Shown here: piece after piece, positions 6,920-15,146 of the stretch | Layout: each line of letters starts with the position of its first letter | Position numbering within the stretch: position 1 is the first letter of the stretch | Virus genome (UHGV): UHGV-0205859 | DNA length: 15,795 nt | Strand: one strand, 5' to 3' | Origin: a virus | Position numbers and translations under genes: made by a program | Notes under the pieces: generated by a model | Told to the model about the DNA's origin: nothing | Databases searched by the model: none | What the model saw: only the letters and a program-made list of their open reading frames with translations

Positions 6920-8888
6920 ATCCTGGTTCAGGATGCAGGCTGGGGAGCCGGGTGACGCGGATATTTATATTTATGACGAGATTGGTTTCTGGGGAGTTAC
7001 CGCGAAGCAGTTTGTCTGCGATCTGAATGCTCTGGGTGATATCACCCACATTAATCTCCATATCAACTCACCGGGTGGCGATGTCTTTGAAGGCATCGCC
7101 ATTTTTAATGCCCTGAAAAATCAGGGGGCGACCATTACCGTGTATGTGGATGGCGTTGCCGCATCGATGGCATCCGTGATTGCGATGGCCGGTGATACGG
7201 TCATTATGCCGGAAAATGCTTTCATGATGATCCATAAGCCATGGGGTTTCAGTGGGGGGGATGCTGAGGATATGCGCAGTTATGCCGATCTGCTGGATAA
7301 AGTCGAATCGGTACTGTTGCCAGCCTATGCGCAAAAAACAGGAAAAACCACCGATGAAATTGCCGCCATGCTGGCGGATGAGACCTGGATGTCAGGTGCC
7401 GAGTGTCTGGCACACGGATTTGCTGACCAGGTGACGCCAGCCGTTAAGGCAATGGCATGTATTCAGTCAAAACGTACAGAGGAATTTAAAAAGATGCCGG
7501 AATCCATCCGAAACATGATTACTCCGCCACGCAACAGTGCCCCGCGTGATACCACAGTGACAATCCCTGCACCGGCGGTAACAGAACCATCACCGGTACC
7601 GGCAGTGTCTGATGAGGAGACCATTCGCGCTGGTGTCCTGGCTGAGCAGAAAGCCCGCATGTCAGGCATTAACGATCTGTTTGCCATGTTTGGCGGTCGC
7701 TATCAGACGCTTCAGGCACAGTGCGTGGCCGATCCTGACTGTTCGCTGGAAATGGCCCGTGAACGTCTGCTGAATGAAATGGGTAAGGAATCCTCGCCGA
7801 CCAACAAAAACACACCGGCCCATATTTATGCCGGAAACGGTAATTTTGTTGGAGACGGGATCCGCAAGGCGCTGATGGCCCGCGCCGGATTTGAGACTAC
7901 GGAGAAGGATAATGCCTATAACGGTATGACCCTGCGTGAATGCGCCCGTATGTCACTGACAGAGCGGGGGATCGGGGTGGCCAGTTATAACCCCATGCAG
8001 ATGGTGGGGCTGGCGCTGACGCACAGTACCTCAGATTTTGGCAATATTCTGCTGGATGTGTCGAATAAGGGGTTAATCCAGGGCTGGGAGGAATCAGAAG
8101 AAACCTTCCAGAAATGGACCCGCAAAGGTCGCCTGTCTGACTTCAAAACGGCATACCGTGTGGGGATGGGGGGATTTGGCTCTCTGCGTCAGGTGCGGGA
8201 AGGGGCAGAGTACAAGTACATCACCACCTCAGATCGTAAGGAGACCATTGCACTGGCGACCTACGGGGAAATTTTCTCCATCACCCGTCAGGCCATTATC
8301 AATGATGACCTGAATATGCTGGTTGATGTCCCGATGAAGATGGGGCGTGCCGCGAAAGCGACGATTGGTGATTTGGTCTACAAGGTGTTAACGGATAACC
8401 CGAAACTGTCAGACGGTAAGGCGTTGTTCCATGCCGATCACAAGAATATTGCCACGGGCGGGATTTCCGTTTCGGGGCTGGATGCGGCACGTCAGATGAT
8501 GCGCCTGCAGAAAGAGGGCGATCGTGCGCTGAATATCCGTCCGGCCTTTATGCTGGTACCGGTGGCGCTGGAGACGGTGGCAAACCAGACCATCAAGTCG
8601 GCCAGTGTGAAAGGGGCGGATGCAAACGCCGGTGTCATTAACCCGATCCAGAACTTTGCCGAAGTGATTGCGGAAGCTCGTCTTGATGCGGCAGATCCGA
8701 AAACCTGGTACCTGGCTGCGGCACAGGGGACCGACACCATTGAAGTGGCCTGGCTTGATGGTGTGGACACTCCCTACATTGACCAGCAGGAAGGCTTCAC
8801 CACTGACGGTATCGCCACAAAAATCCGTATCGATGCCGGTGTGGCACCGCTTGACTGGCGCGGACTGGTGCGTTCAGCCGCTGCCTGA
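6909..8888 (+). CDS. Fused prohead protease (ClpP/S49-like), scaffold-like linker and major capsid protein
   Basis: N-terminal region carries ClpP-like protease motifs (DIYIYDEIGFWGV, INSPGGDVFEGIAIFNAL, ASMASVIAMAGD), then a Pro/Ala/Glu-rich linker, then a roughly 330-aa C-terminal capsid-like domain. Start ATG 6909 is chosen just upstream of the protease motifs; ATG 6933 and the ORF-track start 6717 are alternatives. Confidence 0.8.
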   Translation: MKNKSWFRMQAGEPGDADIYIYDEIGFWGVTAKQFVCDLNALGDITHINLHINSPGGDVFEGIAIFNALKNQGATITVYVDGVAASMASVIAMAGDTVIMPENAFMMIHKPWGFSGGDAEDMRSYADLLDKVESVLLPAYAQKTGKTTDEIAAMLADETWMSGAECLAHGFADQVTPAVKAMACIQSKRTEEFKKMPESIRNMITPPRNSAPRDTTVTIPAPAVTEPSPVPAVSDEETIRAGVLAEQKARMSGINDLFAMFGGRYQTLQAQCVADPDCSLEMARERLLNEMGKESSPTNKNTPAHIYAGNGNFVGDGIRKALMARAGFETTEKDNAYNGMTLRECARMSLTERGIGVASYNPMQMVGLALTHSTSDFGNILLDVSNKGLIQGWEESEETFQKWTRKGRLSDFKTAYRVGMGGFGSLRQVREGAEYKYITTSDRKETIALATYGEIFSITRQAIINDDLNMLVDVPMKMGRAAKATIGDLVYKVLTDNPKLSDGKALFHADHKNIATGGISVSGLDAARQMMRLQKEGDRALNIRPAFMLVPVALETVANQTIKSASVKGADANAGVINPIQNFAEVIAEARLDAADPKTWYLAAAQGTDTIEVAWLDGVDTPYIDQQEGFTTDGIATKIRIDAGVAPLDWRGLVRSAAA

Positions 8889-8910
8889 TAAGCACTGCGT
8901 CTCTATCACT

Positions 8911-8929
8911 GCCCGAAAGGGCTTTTTTT
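8911..8929 (+). terminator. Candidate intrinsic terminator (attenuator) downstream of the capsid gene
   Basis: GCCC-GAAA-GGGC hairpin with a GNRA loop (8911-8922) followed by T7 (8923-8929), 23 nt after the capsid stop. Confidence 0.45.
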
Positions 8930-8974
8930 ATGCCTGAAAACAGCCCCGTCGGGGCTGTCCGGAGATACAGCATT

Positions 8975-9301
8975 ATGGCTAAAAATTTTGTACAGGACGG
9001 CACCACCATTGAACTGGTGAATGCCGGGGATCAAAGCATTCTTAGCGGTGCCGCAGTGGTGGTCGGCAGCATGGTGGCGGTGGCCATTACCGATATTCCT
9101 GCCGGGGAGACCGGTGACGGGTTCGCCGAAGGCGTGTTCCTGCTGCCAAAACAGTCTGCCGATGATATTCAGGCCGGTATGGTTGTTTATCTGAAGGACG
9201 GGATTGTGCAGCCTGCCGCAGACGGCGCAGTGGCGGCGGGGATGGCATGGGAGCATGCGCCGTCAGGCAGCACCACGGTGGCGGTCAAAATCAATGCCTG
9301 A
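8975..9301 (+). CDS. Putative head decoration protein (DUF2190-like small capsid-associated protein)
   Basis: 108 aa from ATG 8975, with GGAG at 8961-8964. Gly/Ala/Val-rich small protein directly downstream of the capsid gene. The ORF-track start at 8930 lacks an RBS and overlaps the terminator T-run. Confidence 0.5.
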   Translation: MAKNFVQDGTTIELVNAGDQSILSGAAVVVGSMVAVAITDIPAGETGDGFAEGVFLLPKQSADDIQAGMVVYLKDGIVQPAADGAVAAGMAWEHAPSGSTTVAVKINA

Positions 9302-9575
9302 GCTGTTTGCGCGAATGTGCCACCGGATGGACATGGCGACAGTGCGCATGATGGGGAAAATGGCGGAGATTAACGGTGTCAGTTATGACGTGATACCGGA
9401 GTATGAGTCCGCTGATATGGGCGCGCTTTCCGGCAGTCAGTTGTCTCTGGTGGTGTTTTCAGACCAGTACCGGCCTGCCCGTGATGATGAGGTTGTGTTT
9501 GACGGGCGTTCACTGGTAGTGACCCGTTATGACACATACAACGGTAAACCCCGTATTTTTGTCGAACAGGAATAA
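9294..9575 (+). CDS. FII: Head-tail joining / tail attachment protein, gpFII-like
   Basis: 93 aa from ATG 9294, overlapping the upstream stop. The pattern ELFARM...RMMG...SLVVFSDQY...DDEVVFDG parallels lambda FII as recalled. The ORF-track start at 9204 lies inside the upstream gene. Confidence 0.65.
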   Translation: MPELFARMCHRMDMATVRMMGKMAEINGVSYDVIPEYESADMGALSGSQLSLVVFSDQYRPARDDEVVFDGRSLVVTRYDTYNGKPRIFVEQE

Positions 9576-9577
9576 GT

Positions 9578-10204
9578 ATGGCGATAAAAGGTCTGGCGCA
9601 GGCCATGAAAAATCTGGATGCGATTGACCACCGTGCCGTTCCCCTGGCTGCCGCCACGACGCTTAACCGTGTGGCGGAGTCCATCATCGCGAAAACGGCC
9701 TCTTCGGTTGCCAGGGAGCTGGTGGTCCCACGCCGTCTTATCCGTGAGCGTATCCGCCTGCAACAGGCCAGCGCGGACAGGGTTTATGCGAAGGTCATCA
9801 TCAACACCGGTAATCTGCCCGCCATAAAACTGGGGACGGCCAGCGCGCGGCTTTCCCGCAGAAAGCGGCGAAAGAAAGGCGAGCGATCGGTCACGAAAGG
9901 CGGTGGCAGCGTGCTGATTGTCGGGAAACGGCGGATCCCGAATGCCTTTATTACCCGGCTGGAAAATGGCCGGTGGCATGTGATGCAGCGTATGCCGTGG
10001 GCGTCGTCGTCAACCGGTGTTGACCGTAAGGGCAGGCCAGCGCGTTATCGTCTGCCGGTTGAAGTGGTGAAAATACCGACGGCCAGACCGCTGGCGGAAA
10101 CCTTTGAGCGGGAACGTGACCGGATGTACCGGGAAAAATTACCGGAACAGATGATGAAAGCCATGACATATCAGTTACGTCTTGTTCTGAAACGAAAACT
10201 GTAA
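9578..10204 (+). CDS. Z: Tail completion protein gpZ
   Basis: 208 aa; the N-terminus MAIKGL and motifs RRKRRKKGERS, KGGGSVL and NGRWHVMQR closely match lambda Z as recalled. Confidence 0.85.
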   Translation: MAIKGLAQAMKNLDAIDHRAVPLAAATTLNRVAESIIAKTASSVARELVVPRRLIRERIRLQQASADRVYAKVIINTGNLPAIKLGTASARLSRRKRRKKGERSVTKGGGSVLIVGKRRIPNAFITRLENGRWHVMQRMPWASSSTGVDRKGRPARYRLPVEVVKIPTARPLAETFERERDRMYREKLPEQMMKAMTYQLRLVLKRKL

Positions 10205-10213
10205 GGAGGTGGA

Positions 10214-10612
10214 ATGAAACATCGGGAAATACGGGCGGCAGTTCTGTCTGCCCTGAAGGCAAATATTACTGAGCAGGTGACCTGGTTTGACGGGCGACCT
10301 GCTTTTATTGACGAGCTGGAGCTTCCGGCAGTGGCGGTCTACCTGACTGATGCGTCGGCAGCTGACGAGTTCGTTGATGAGGAAACCTGGGAGGCGGTAC
10401 TGCATATCGAGGTGTTTCTCAGGGCGAAAGAAACGGATTCGGCACTGGATATGTGGATGGAAGAAAAAATTTTTCCGGTGCTGGAGGGCGTGCCCGGTCT
10501 CAGTGCACTACTGCTGAAAATGAACCTTCAGGGGTACGACTACCGCCGCGATGATGAGTTCATGATGTGGGGATCGGCAGATCTCCGGTGGAATATTACC
10601 TACGAAATGTGA
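10214..10612 (+). CDS. U: Tail terminator protein gpU
   Basis: 132 aa with AGGAGG RBS. MKH.E.RAAVL...FDGRPA...PAVAVYLT...LHIEVFL...GYDYRRDD...ADL...ITYEM matches lambda U as recalled. Confidence 0.9.
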   Translation: MKHREIRAAVLSALKANITEQVTWFDGRPAFIDELELPAVAVYLTDASAADEFVDEETWEAVLHIEVFLRAKETDSALDMWMEEKIFPVLEGVPGLSALLLKMNLQGYDYRRDDEFMMWGSADLRWNITYEM

Positions 10613-10619
10613 GGACGCT

Positions 10620-11378
10620 ATGCCAACACCTAATCCCCTTGAGCCGGTAAAAGGCTCAGGCACCACACTCTGGCTTTATTCCGGGAATGGTGATGCCTAT
10701 GCGAATCCGTTGTCTGATGATGACTGGACGCGACTGGCGAAAATCAAGGATCTGACACCGGGAGAAATGACGGCAGAGTCCTACGACGATAACTACCTTG
10801 ACGACGATGATGCTGACTGGATATCCACCGGACAGGGACAGAAATCAGCCGGTGATACCAGTTTTACCCTGGCCTGGAAACCCGGCGAAGCCGGTCAGCA
10901 GGCGTTGTTGCGGTGGTTTGATGAGGGCGATTCCAGAGCCTATAAAATCCGTTTTCCCAATGGCACGGTTGATGTCTTCCGTGGCTGGGTCAGCAGTATC
11001 GGTAAAGCCGTCACCGCAAAAGAAGTGATCACCCGCACGGTGAAAGTCACCAATATCGGACGCCCGTCGCTGGCGGAGGACAGCGGGACCATCACGCCGG
11101 TGACGGGCATCACCGTCACACCGGCAATCGCTTCGGTCGGCGTGGGCCAGAATATATCACTGACGGTGGCCGTTCAGCCGGATAACGCGTCTGATAAAAC
11201 CTTCCGGGTGTCATCTGACCACAACAGTGTGGCGACAGTGACCATGAAGGACAGCATCATAACGGTGAAAGGGGTGGCAAAAGGCACTGCACTTATTCCT
11301 GTCATGAGCAATGGCGGCGATTTTGCTGCAGTAGCCACAGTAACGGTCACCGACCCTGCAGCACAACCCACCACGTAA
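10620..11378 (+). CDS. V: Major tail tube protein gpV with C-terminal Ig-like (Big_2-type) domain
   Basis: 252 aa. [68 protein letters not shown] are near-identical to lambda V as recalled. The C-terminal ~90 aa is a Thr/Val-rich beta-type domain. Confidence 0.9.
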   Translation: MPTPNPLEPVKGSGTTLWLYSGNGDAYANPLSDDDWTRLAKIKDLTPGEMTAESYDDNYLDDDDADWISTGQGQKSAGDTSFTLAWKPGEAGQQALLRWFDEGDSRAYKIRFPNGTVDVFRGWVSSIGKAVTAKEVITRTVKVTNIGRPSLAEDSGTITPVTGITVTPAIASVGVGQNISLTVAVQPDNASDKTFRVSSDHNSVATVTMKDSIITVKGVAKGTALIPVMSNGGDFAAVATVTVTDPAAQPTT

Positions 11379-11396
11379 TTATCCCGGAGTGAATTT

Positions 11397-11795
11397 ATGT
11401 TTCTGAAAACTGAACCGTTTGAATATAACGGGCAGACTGTCACGCTCAGCGAACTGTCCGCCCTGCAGCGCCTCGAGTACCTGGCCTGGGTGAAGGAGAA
11501 GGAAGAGCAGCGGGGGGAGGGGGGCAGCGAGCAGCAGGCGCTTGATGATCTCATCCGGGAAGGCGCGCTGCTGGTTGCGATGTCGCTCTGGCATAACCAT
11601 GAACTGAAAGGCACATTGCCCTCCCTGCGTCAGGAGACAGACAGGATCATGCAGGAGGTGCTGACCACCTGGCCTGTGGAGGCCATTGCCGCAGGCAGAA
11701 ATGTGGTGGCCAGACTGAGCGGTATGTCTGCACCTGTGGATGAACCGTCAGGGAAAGAACCGGTAACGGCAAAAAAGCGTACGAAGGAGAGCTGA
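11397..11795 (+). CDS. G: Tail assembly chaperone gpG
   Basis: 132 aa. MFLKTEPFEYNGQTVTLSELSALQRLEYLA and VAMSLWHNH and QEVLTTWP match lambda G as recalled. Confidence 0.9.
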   Translation: MFLKTEPFEYNGQTVTLSELSALQRLEYLAWVKEKEEQRGEGGSEQQALDDLIREGALLVAMSLWHNHELKGTLPSLRQETDRIMQEVLTTWPVEAIAAGRNVVARLSGMSAPVDEPSGKEPVTAKKRTKES

Positions 11796-12211
11796 TTTTT
11801 GTACTGAAACTGGCGCGCGAGATGAGCCGACCTGACTGGCGCGCCATGCTTGCCGGAATGTCATCAACCGAATATACCGACTGGCGTCATTTTTACCGCA
11901 CGCATTTTTTTCAGGATGTGCAGCTGGACATGCATTTTGCCGGGATGACGTATGCCGTCCTCAGCCTGTTTTTTGCCGATCCGGAGATGCATCCGTCTGA
12001 CTTCAGTCTGCTGCGTGAGCCGGAAAAAGGGGAAAAAGAGGATGATGATGCGCTGATGCAAAAGGCAACAGGGCTTGCCGGCGGTGTCCGTTATGGTCCT
12101 GATGGTGTGGTTGTGGCGTCTGACAGTCTGACGCCCTCCGGGCATGAAGATGACGTCATACTGATGACGGTATCAGAAGGTATCGCAGGAGGTGTCCGCT
12201 ATGTCGGGTAA
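11397..12211 (+). CDS. GT: Tail assembly chaperone G-T fusion, produced by programmed -1 ribosomal frameshift near 11771-11777
   Basis: The -1 frame is open from 11744 and continues through the G stop. It encodes ...ELIFVLKLAREMSRPDWRAMLAGMSSTEY..., matching lambda gpT as recalled. A slippery heptamer A_AAA_AAG is in correct register in the G frame. Confidence 0.8.
11771..11777 (+). promoter_or_regulatory. Slippery heptamer A_AAA_AAG for the G to G-T -1 frameshift
   Basis: In G's frame the codons are gcA AAA AAG (A at 11771, AAA 11772-74, AAG 11775-77). The heptamer lies inside the 11744-11795 window where both frames are open. Confidence 0.7.
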
Positions 12212-14807
12212 TTTTGCAGATCTGACAGCAATTCTTACCCTGGATTCCACCCGTTTTTCTGAAGAAATGGGGCGGGTGAAAAAATCGCTGGGCGAAACCA
12301 GTTCACTGGCAGACACGATGTCAGGAAAGGTCAGCCAGTCCTTAAAAAAACCGGCAGAGGTGATTGAACAGAGTCTGAGCCGTCAGGCTGTTGCCGCGCA
12401 GAAGGCGGGGATATCCATCGGGCAGTATAAAGCTGCCATGCGGACACTGCCCGCCCAGTTCACGGATATTGCCACTCAGCTTGCCGGTGGTCAGAGTCCG
12501 TGGTTGATCCTGCTGCAGCAGGGCGGGCAGATTAAGGACTCCTTTGGTGGTCTTGTCCCGATGTTCAGGAGCCTTGCTGGTGCGATCACACTACCTGCTG
12601 TCGGGATCACATCACTGGTCGCAGCGACCGGTGCGCTGGCGTATGCCTGGTACCAGGGGGATTCAGTCCTGTCTGAATTCAATAAAACCCTGGTTCTTTC
12701 CGGTAATCAGTCCGGACTGACCGCCGATCGCATGCTGACTCTCTCCAGAGCCGGACAGGCAGCAGGGCTGACGTTTAACCAGACCAGCGAGTCTCTGACG
12801 GCGCTGGTAAATGCCGGTGTGCGTGGGGGAGAACAGTTTGACGCCATCAGCCAGAGTGTGGCGCGTTTTTCGTCTGCATCCGGCGTGGAGGTGGACAAAG
12901 TCGCTGAGGCCTTCGGGAAGCTGACCACTGACCCGACCTCGGGGCTGACGGCGATGGCGCACCAGTTCCATAACGTGACGGCGGAGCAGATTGCGTATGT
13001 GGCTCAGTTGCAGCGTTCCGGCGATGAGGCCGGAGCGTTACAGGCCGCGCACGAAGCCGCCACCAGAGGATTCGATGAGCAGACCCGCCGCCTGAAAGCG
13101 AATATGGGCACGCTGGAGACCTGGGCGGATAAGGTCGGCAGTGCGTTCAAATCCATGTGGGATGCAGTGCTGGATATCGGGCGTCCTGAGTCATCTGCAG
13201 AAATGCTGGATAAGGCACAGCAGGCATTCGATGAGGCGGATAAAAAATGGCAATGGTATCAGAGTCGCAGCCACCGTCGCGGAAAAACATCCTCCTTCCG
13301 TGCCAATCTTCAGGGCGCATGGGATGACCGCGAAAACGCCCGCCTCGGTCTTTCAGCGGCGACACTGCAGGCAGACCTGGAAAAAGCCAGCGAAATGGCG
13401 GCACGGGATCGGGCCGTATCGGAGGCGTCACGGCTGAAATATACCGAAGAGGCGCAGAAGGCTTACGAACGCCTGCAGTCTCCACTGGAGAAATATACCG
13501 CCCGTCAGGAGGAACTGAATAAGGCACTGAAAGACGGGAAAATCCTGCAGGCGGATTACAACACGCTGATGGCGGCGGCGAAAAAGGACTATGAGTCAAC
13601 GCTGAAAAAGCCGAAACAGTCTGGCGTGAAAGTGTCTGCAGGCGAGCGTCAGGAGGACAACTCCCGTACAGAACTGCTGACGCTGCAGACTGAACTCAGG
13701 ACACTCCAGGCGCACGCTGGTGCGAATGAGAAAATCAGTCAGCAGCGCCGGGATTTGTGGAAGGCAGAAAGTCAGTACGCGGTACTGGCGGAGGCGGCAC
13801 AACGTCGCCAGCTGTCCGTACAGGAGAAATCCCTGCTGGCGCATAAAGACGAAACGCTGGAATACAAACGCCAGCTGGCTGATCTGGGCGACAAGGTTGA
13901 ATACCAGAAACGCCTGAATGAGCTGGCGGATCAGGCGGAGAAATTTGCACAGCAGCAGAGTGCAAAACAGGCTGCCATCAGTGCAAAAGCCCGTGGGCTG
14001 ACAGACCGGCAGGCGCAGCGGGAGTCGGAAGAACAACGGTTGCGCGAGGTGTATGGCGACAATCCGCAGGCGCTGGCGAAGGCAACCGGTGCGCTGAAAC
14101 AGACATGGGCTGCTGAAGACCAGCTGAGTGGCAGCTGGACAGCCGGACTTAAATCGGGCTGGAGCCAGTGGGCTGAAAGTGCGATGGACAGTTTTTCGCA
14201 GGTGAAAAGTGTTGCCACGCAGACCTTCGACGGGATTGCGCAGAATATGGCGGCGATGCTGACCGGCAGTGAGCAGAACTGGCGCAGCTTTACCCGTTCC
14301 GTGCTGTCCATGATGACGGAAATTCTGCTTAAGCAGGCCATGGTGGGGATTGTCGGGAGTATCGGCAGTGCCATTGGCGGAGCCATTGGTGGTGCATCTG
14401 CTTCCACAGGAACCGCCATTCAGGCTGCGGCGGCGAACTTCCATTTTGCAACCGGAGGATTTACGGGAACCGGAGGCAAATATGAGCCGGCGGGGATTGT
14501 TCACCGTGGTGAGTTTGTGTTCACGAAGGAGGCAACCAGCCGGATTGGTGTGGGGAATCTGTACCGTCTGATGCGGGGATATGCGGATGGGGGCTATGTG
14601 GGTGGTGCCGGAAGTCAGGCTCAGATGCGGCGGGCAGACGTCATTAATTTTAATCAGAATAACAATGTGGTGATTCAGAATGACGGTATCAACGGACAGG
14701 CCGGTCCGCAGATGATGAGGGCGGTATATGACATGGCCCGTAAGGGTGCCCGTGATGAACTCCAGGCACAGATGCGTGACGGCGGACTGTTCTCCGGAGG
14801 TGGCTGA
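12201..14807 (+). CDS. H: Tail tape measure protein gpH
   Basis: About 868 aa from ATG 12201, with AGGAGG at 12186-12191. Long stretches match lambda H as recalled (for example QYKAAMR.LPAQFTD.ATQLAGGQSPWLILLQQGG and the C-terminal RDGGLFSGGG). The ORF-track start is an upstream GTG at 12192. Confidence 0.9.
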   Translation: MSGNFADLTAILTLDSTRFSEEMGRVKKSLGETSSLADTMSGKVSQSLKKPAEVIEQSLSRQAVAAQKAGISIGQYKAAMRTLPAQFTDIATQLAGGQSPWLILLQQGGQIKDSFGGLVPMFRSLAGAITLPAVGITSLVAATGALAYAWYQGDSVLSEFNKTLVLSGNQSGLTADRMLTLSRAGQAAGLTFNQTSESLTALVNAGVRGGEQFDAISQSVARFSSASGVEVDKVAEAFGKLTTDPTSGLTAMAHQFHNVTAEQIAYVAQLQRSGDEAGALQAAHEAATRGFDEQTRRLKANMGTLETWADKVGSAFKSMWDAVLDIGRPESSAEMLDKAQQAFDEADKKWQWYQSRSHRRGKTSSFRANLQGAWDDRENARLGLSAATLQADLEKASEMAARDRAVSEASRLKYTEEAQKAYERLQSPLEKYTARQEELNKALKDGKILQADYNTLMAAAKKDYESTLKKPKQSGVKVSAGERQEDNSRTELLTLQTELRTLQAHAGANEKISQQRRDLWKAESQYAVLAEAAQRRQLSVQEKSLLAHKDETLEYKRQLADLGDKVEYQKRLNELADQAEKFAQQQSAKQAAISAKARGLTDRQAQRESEEQRLREVYGDNPQALAKATGALKQTWAAEDQLSGSWTAGLKSGWSQWAESAMDSFSQVKSVATQTFDGIAQNMAAMLTGSEQNWRSFTRSVLSMMTEILLKQAMVGIVGSIGSAIGGAIGGASASTGTAIQAAAANFHFATGGFTGTGGKYEPAGIVHRGEFVFTKEATSRIGVGNLYRLMRGYADGGYVGGAGSQAQMRRADVINFNQNNNVVIQNDGINGQAGPQMMRAVYDMARKGARDELQAQMRDGGLFSGGG

Positions 14808-15136
14808 TGAAAACATTTCGCTGGAAAGTGAAGGCGGATATGGACGTCAGCTCACAGCCATCAGTGCGCGAAGTGCGCTTTGGTGACGGGTATTCCCAGC
14901 GTTCGCCTGCGGGGCTGAATGCGGACCTGAAAACGTACAGTGTGACGCTGTCCGTGACGCGGGAGGAGGCATATTATCTGGAGGCTTTTCTGGCAGAGCA
15001 CGGGGGCTGGAAAGCCTTTCTGTGGACGCCGCCTTATGCCTGGCGGCAGATAAAGGTGACCTGCGCAAAATGGTCATCGCGGGTGGGGATGCTGCGGGTG
15101 ACGTTCAGTGCCGAGTTTAAGCAGGTGGTGAAATGA
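14807..15136 (+). CDS. M: Minor tail protein gpM
   Basis: 109 aa; start overlaps the H stop (TGATG). MKTFRWKVK...VRFGDGYSQR.PAGLNA.LKTYSVTLSV...WRQIKVTCAKWSSRV matches lambda M as recalled. Confidence 0.9.
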   Translation: MKTFRWKVKADMDVSSQPSVREVRFGDGYSQRSPAGLNADLKTYSVTLSVTREEAYYLEAFLAEHGGWKAFLWTPPYAWRQIKVTCAKWSSRVGMLRVTFSAEFKQVVK

Positions 15137-15146
15137 GGAGCGCGTG

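Noticed and set aside
9527-9979. 150-aa minus-strand ORF overlapping FII and Z
   Set aside because: Antisense to conserved lambda-like tail genes; no support beyond being an open frame.
11751-11757. GGGAAAG as the G-T frameshift site, by analogy with lambda
   Set aside because: In G's reading frame it is read GGG AAA G, the wrong register for a -1 tandem slip. The in-register A_AAA_AAG at 11771-11777 is preferred.
12192-12200. ORF-track start of H at GTG 12192
   Set aside because: No spacing from the AGGAGG (12186-12191). ATG 12201 has 9-nt spacing and is the likely start.
13596-14816. 406-aa minus-strand ORF
   Set aside because: Lies entirely antisense to the well-supported tape-measure gene H. 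Its product is Arg/Cys/Leu-rich and low-complexity with no recognisable motifs, typical of a chance antisense frame in GC-rich coding DNA.
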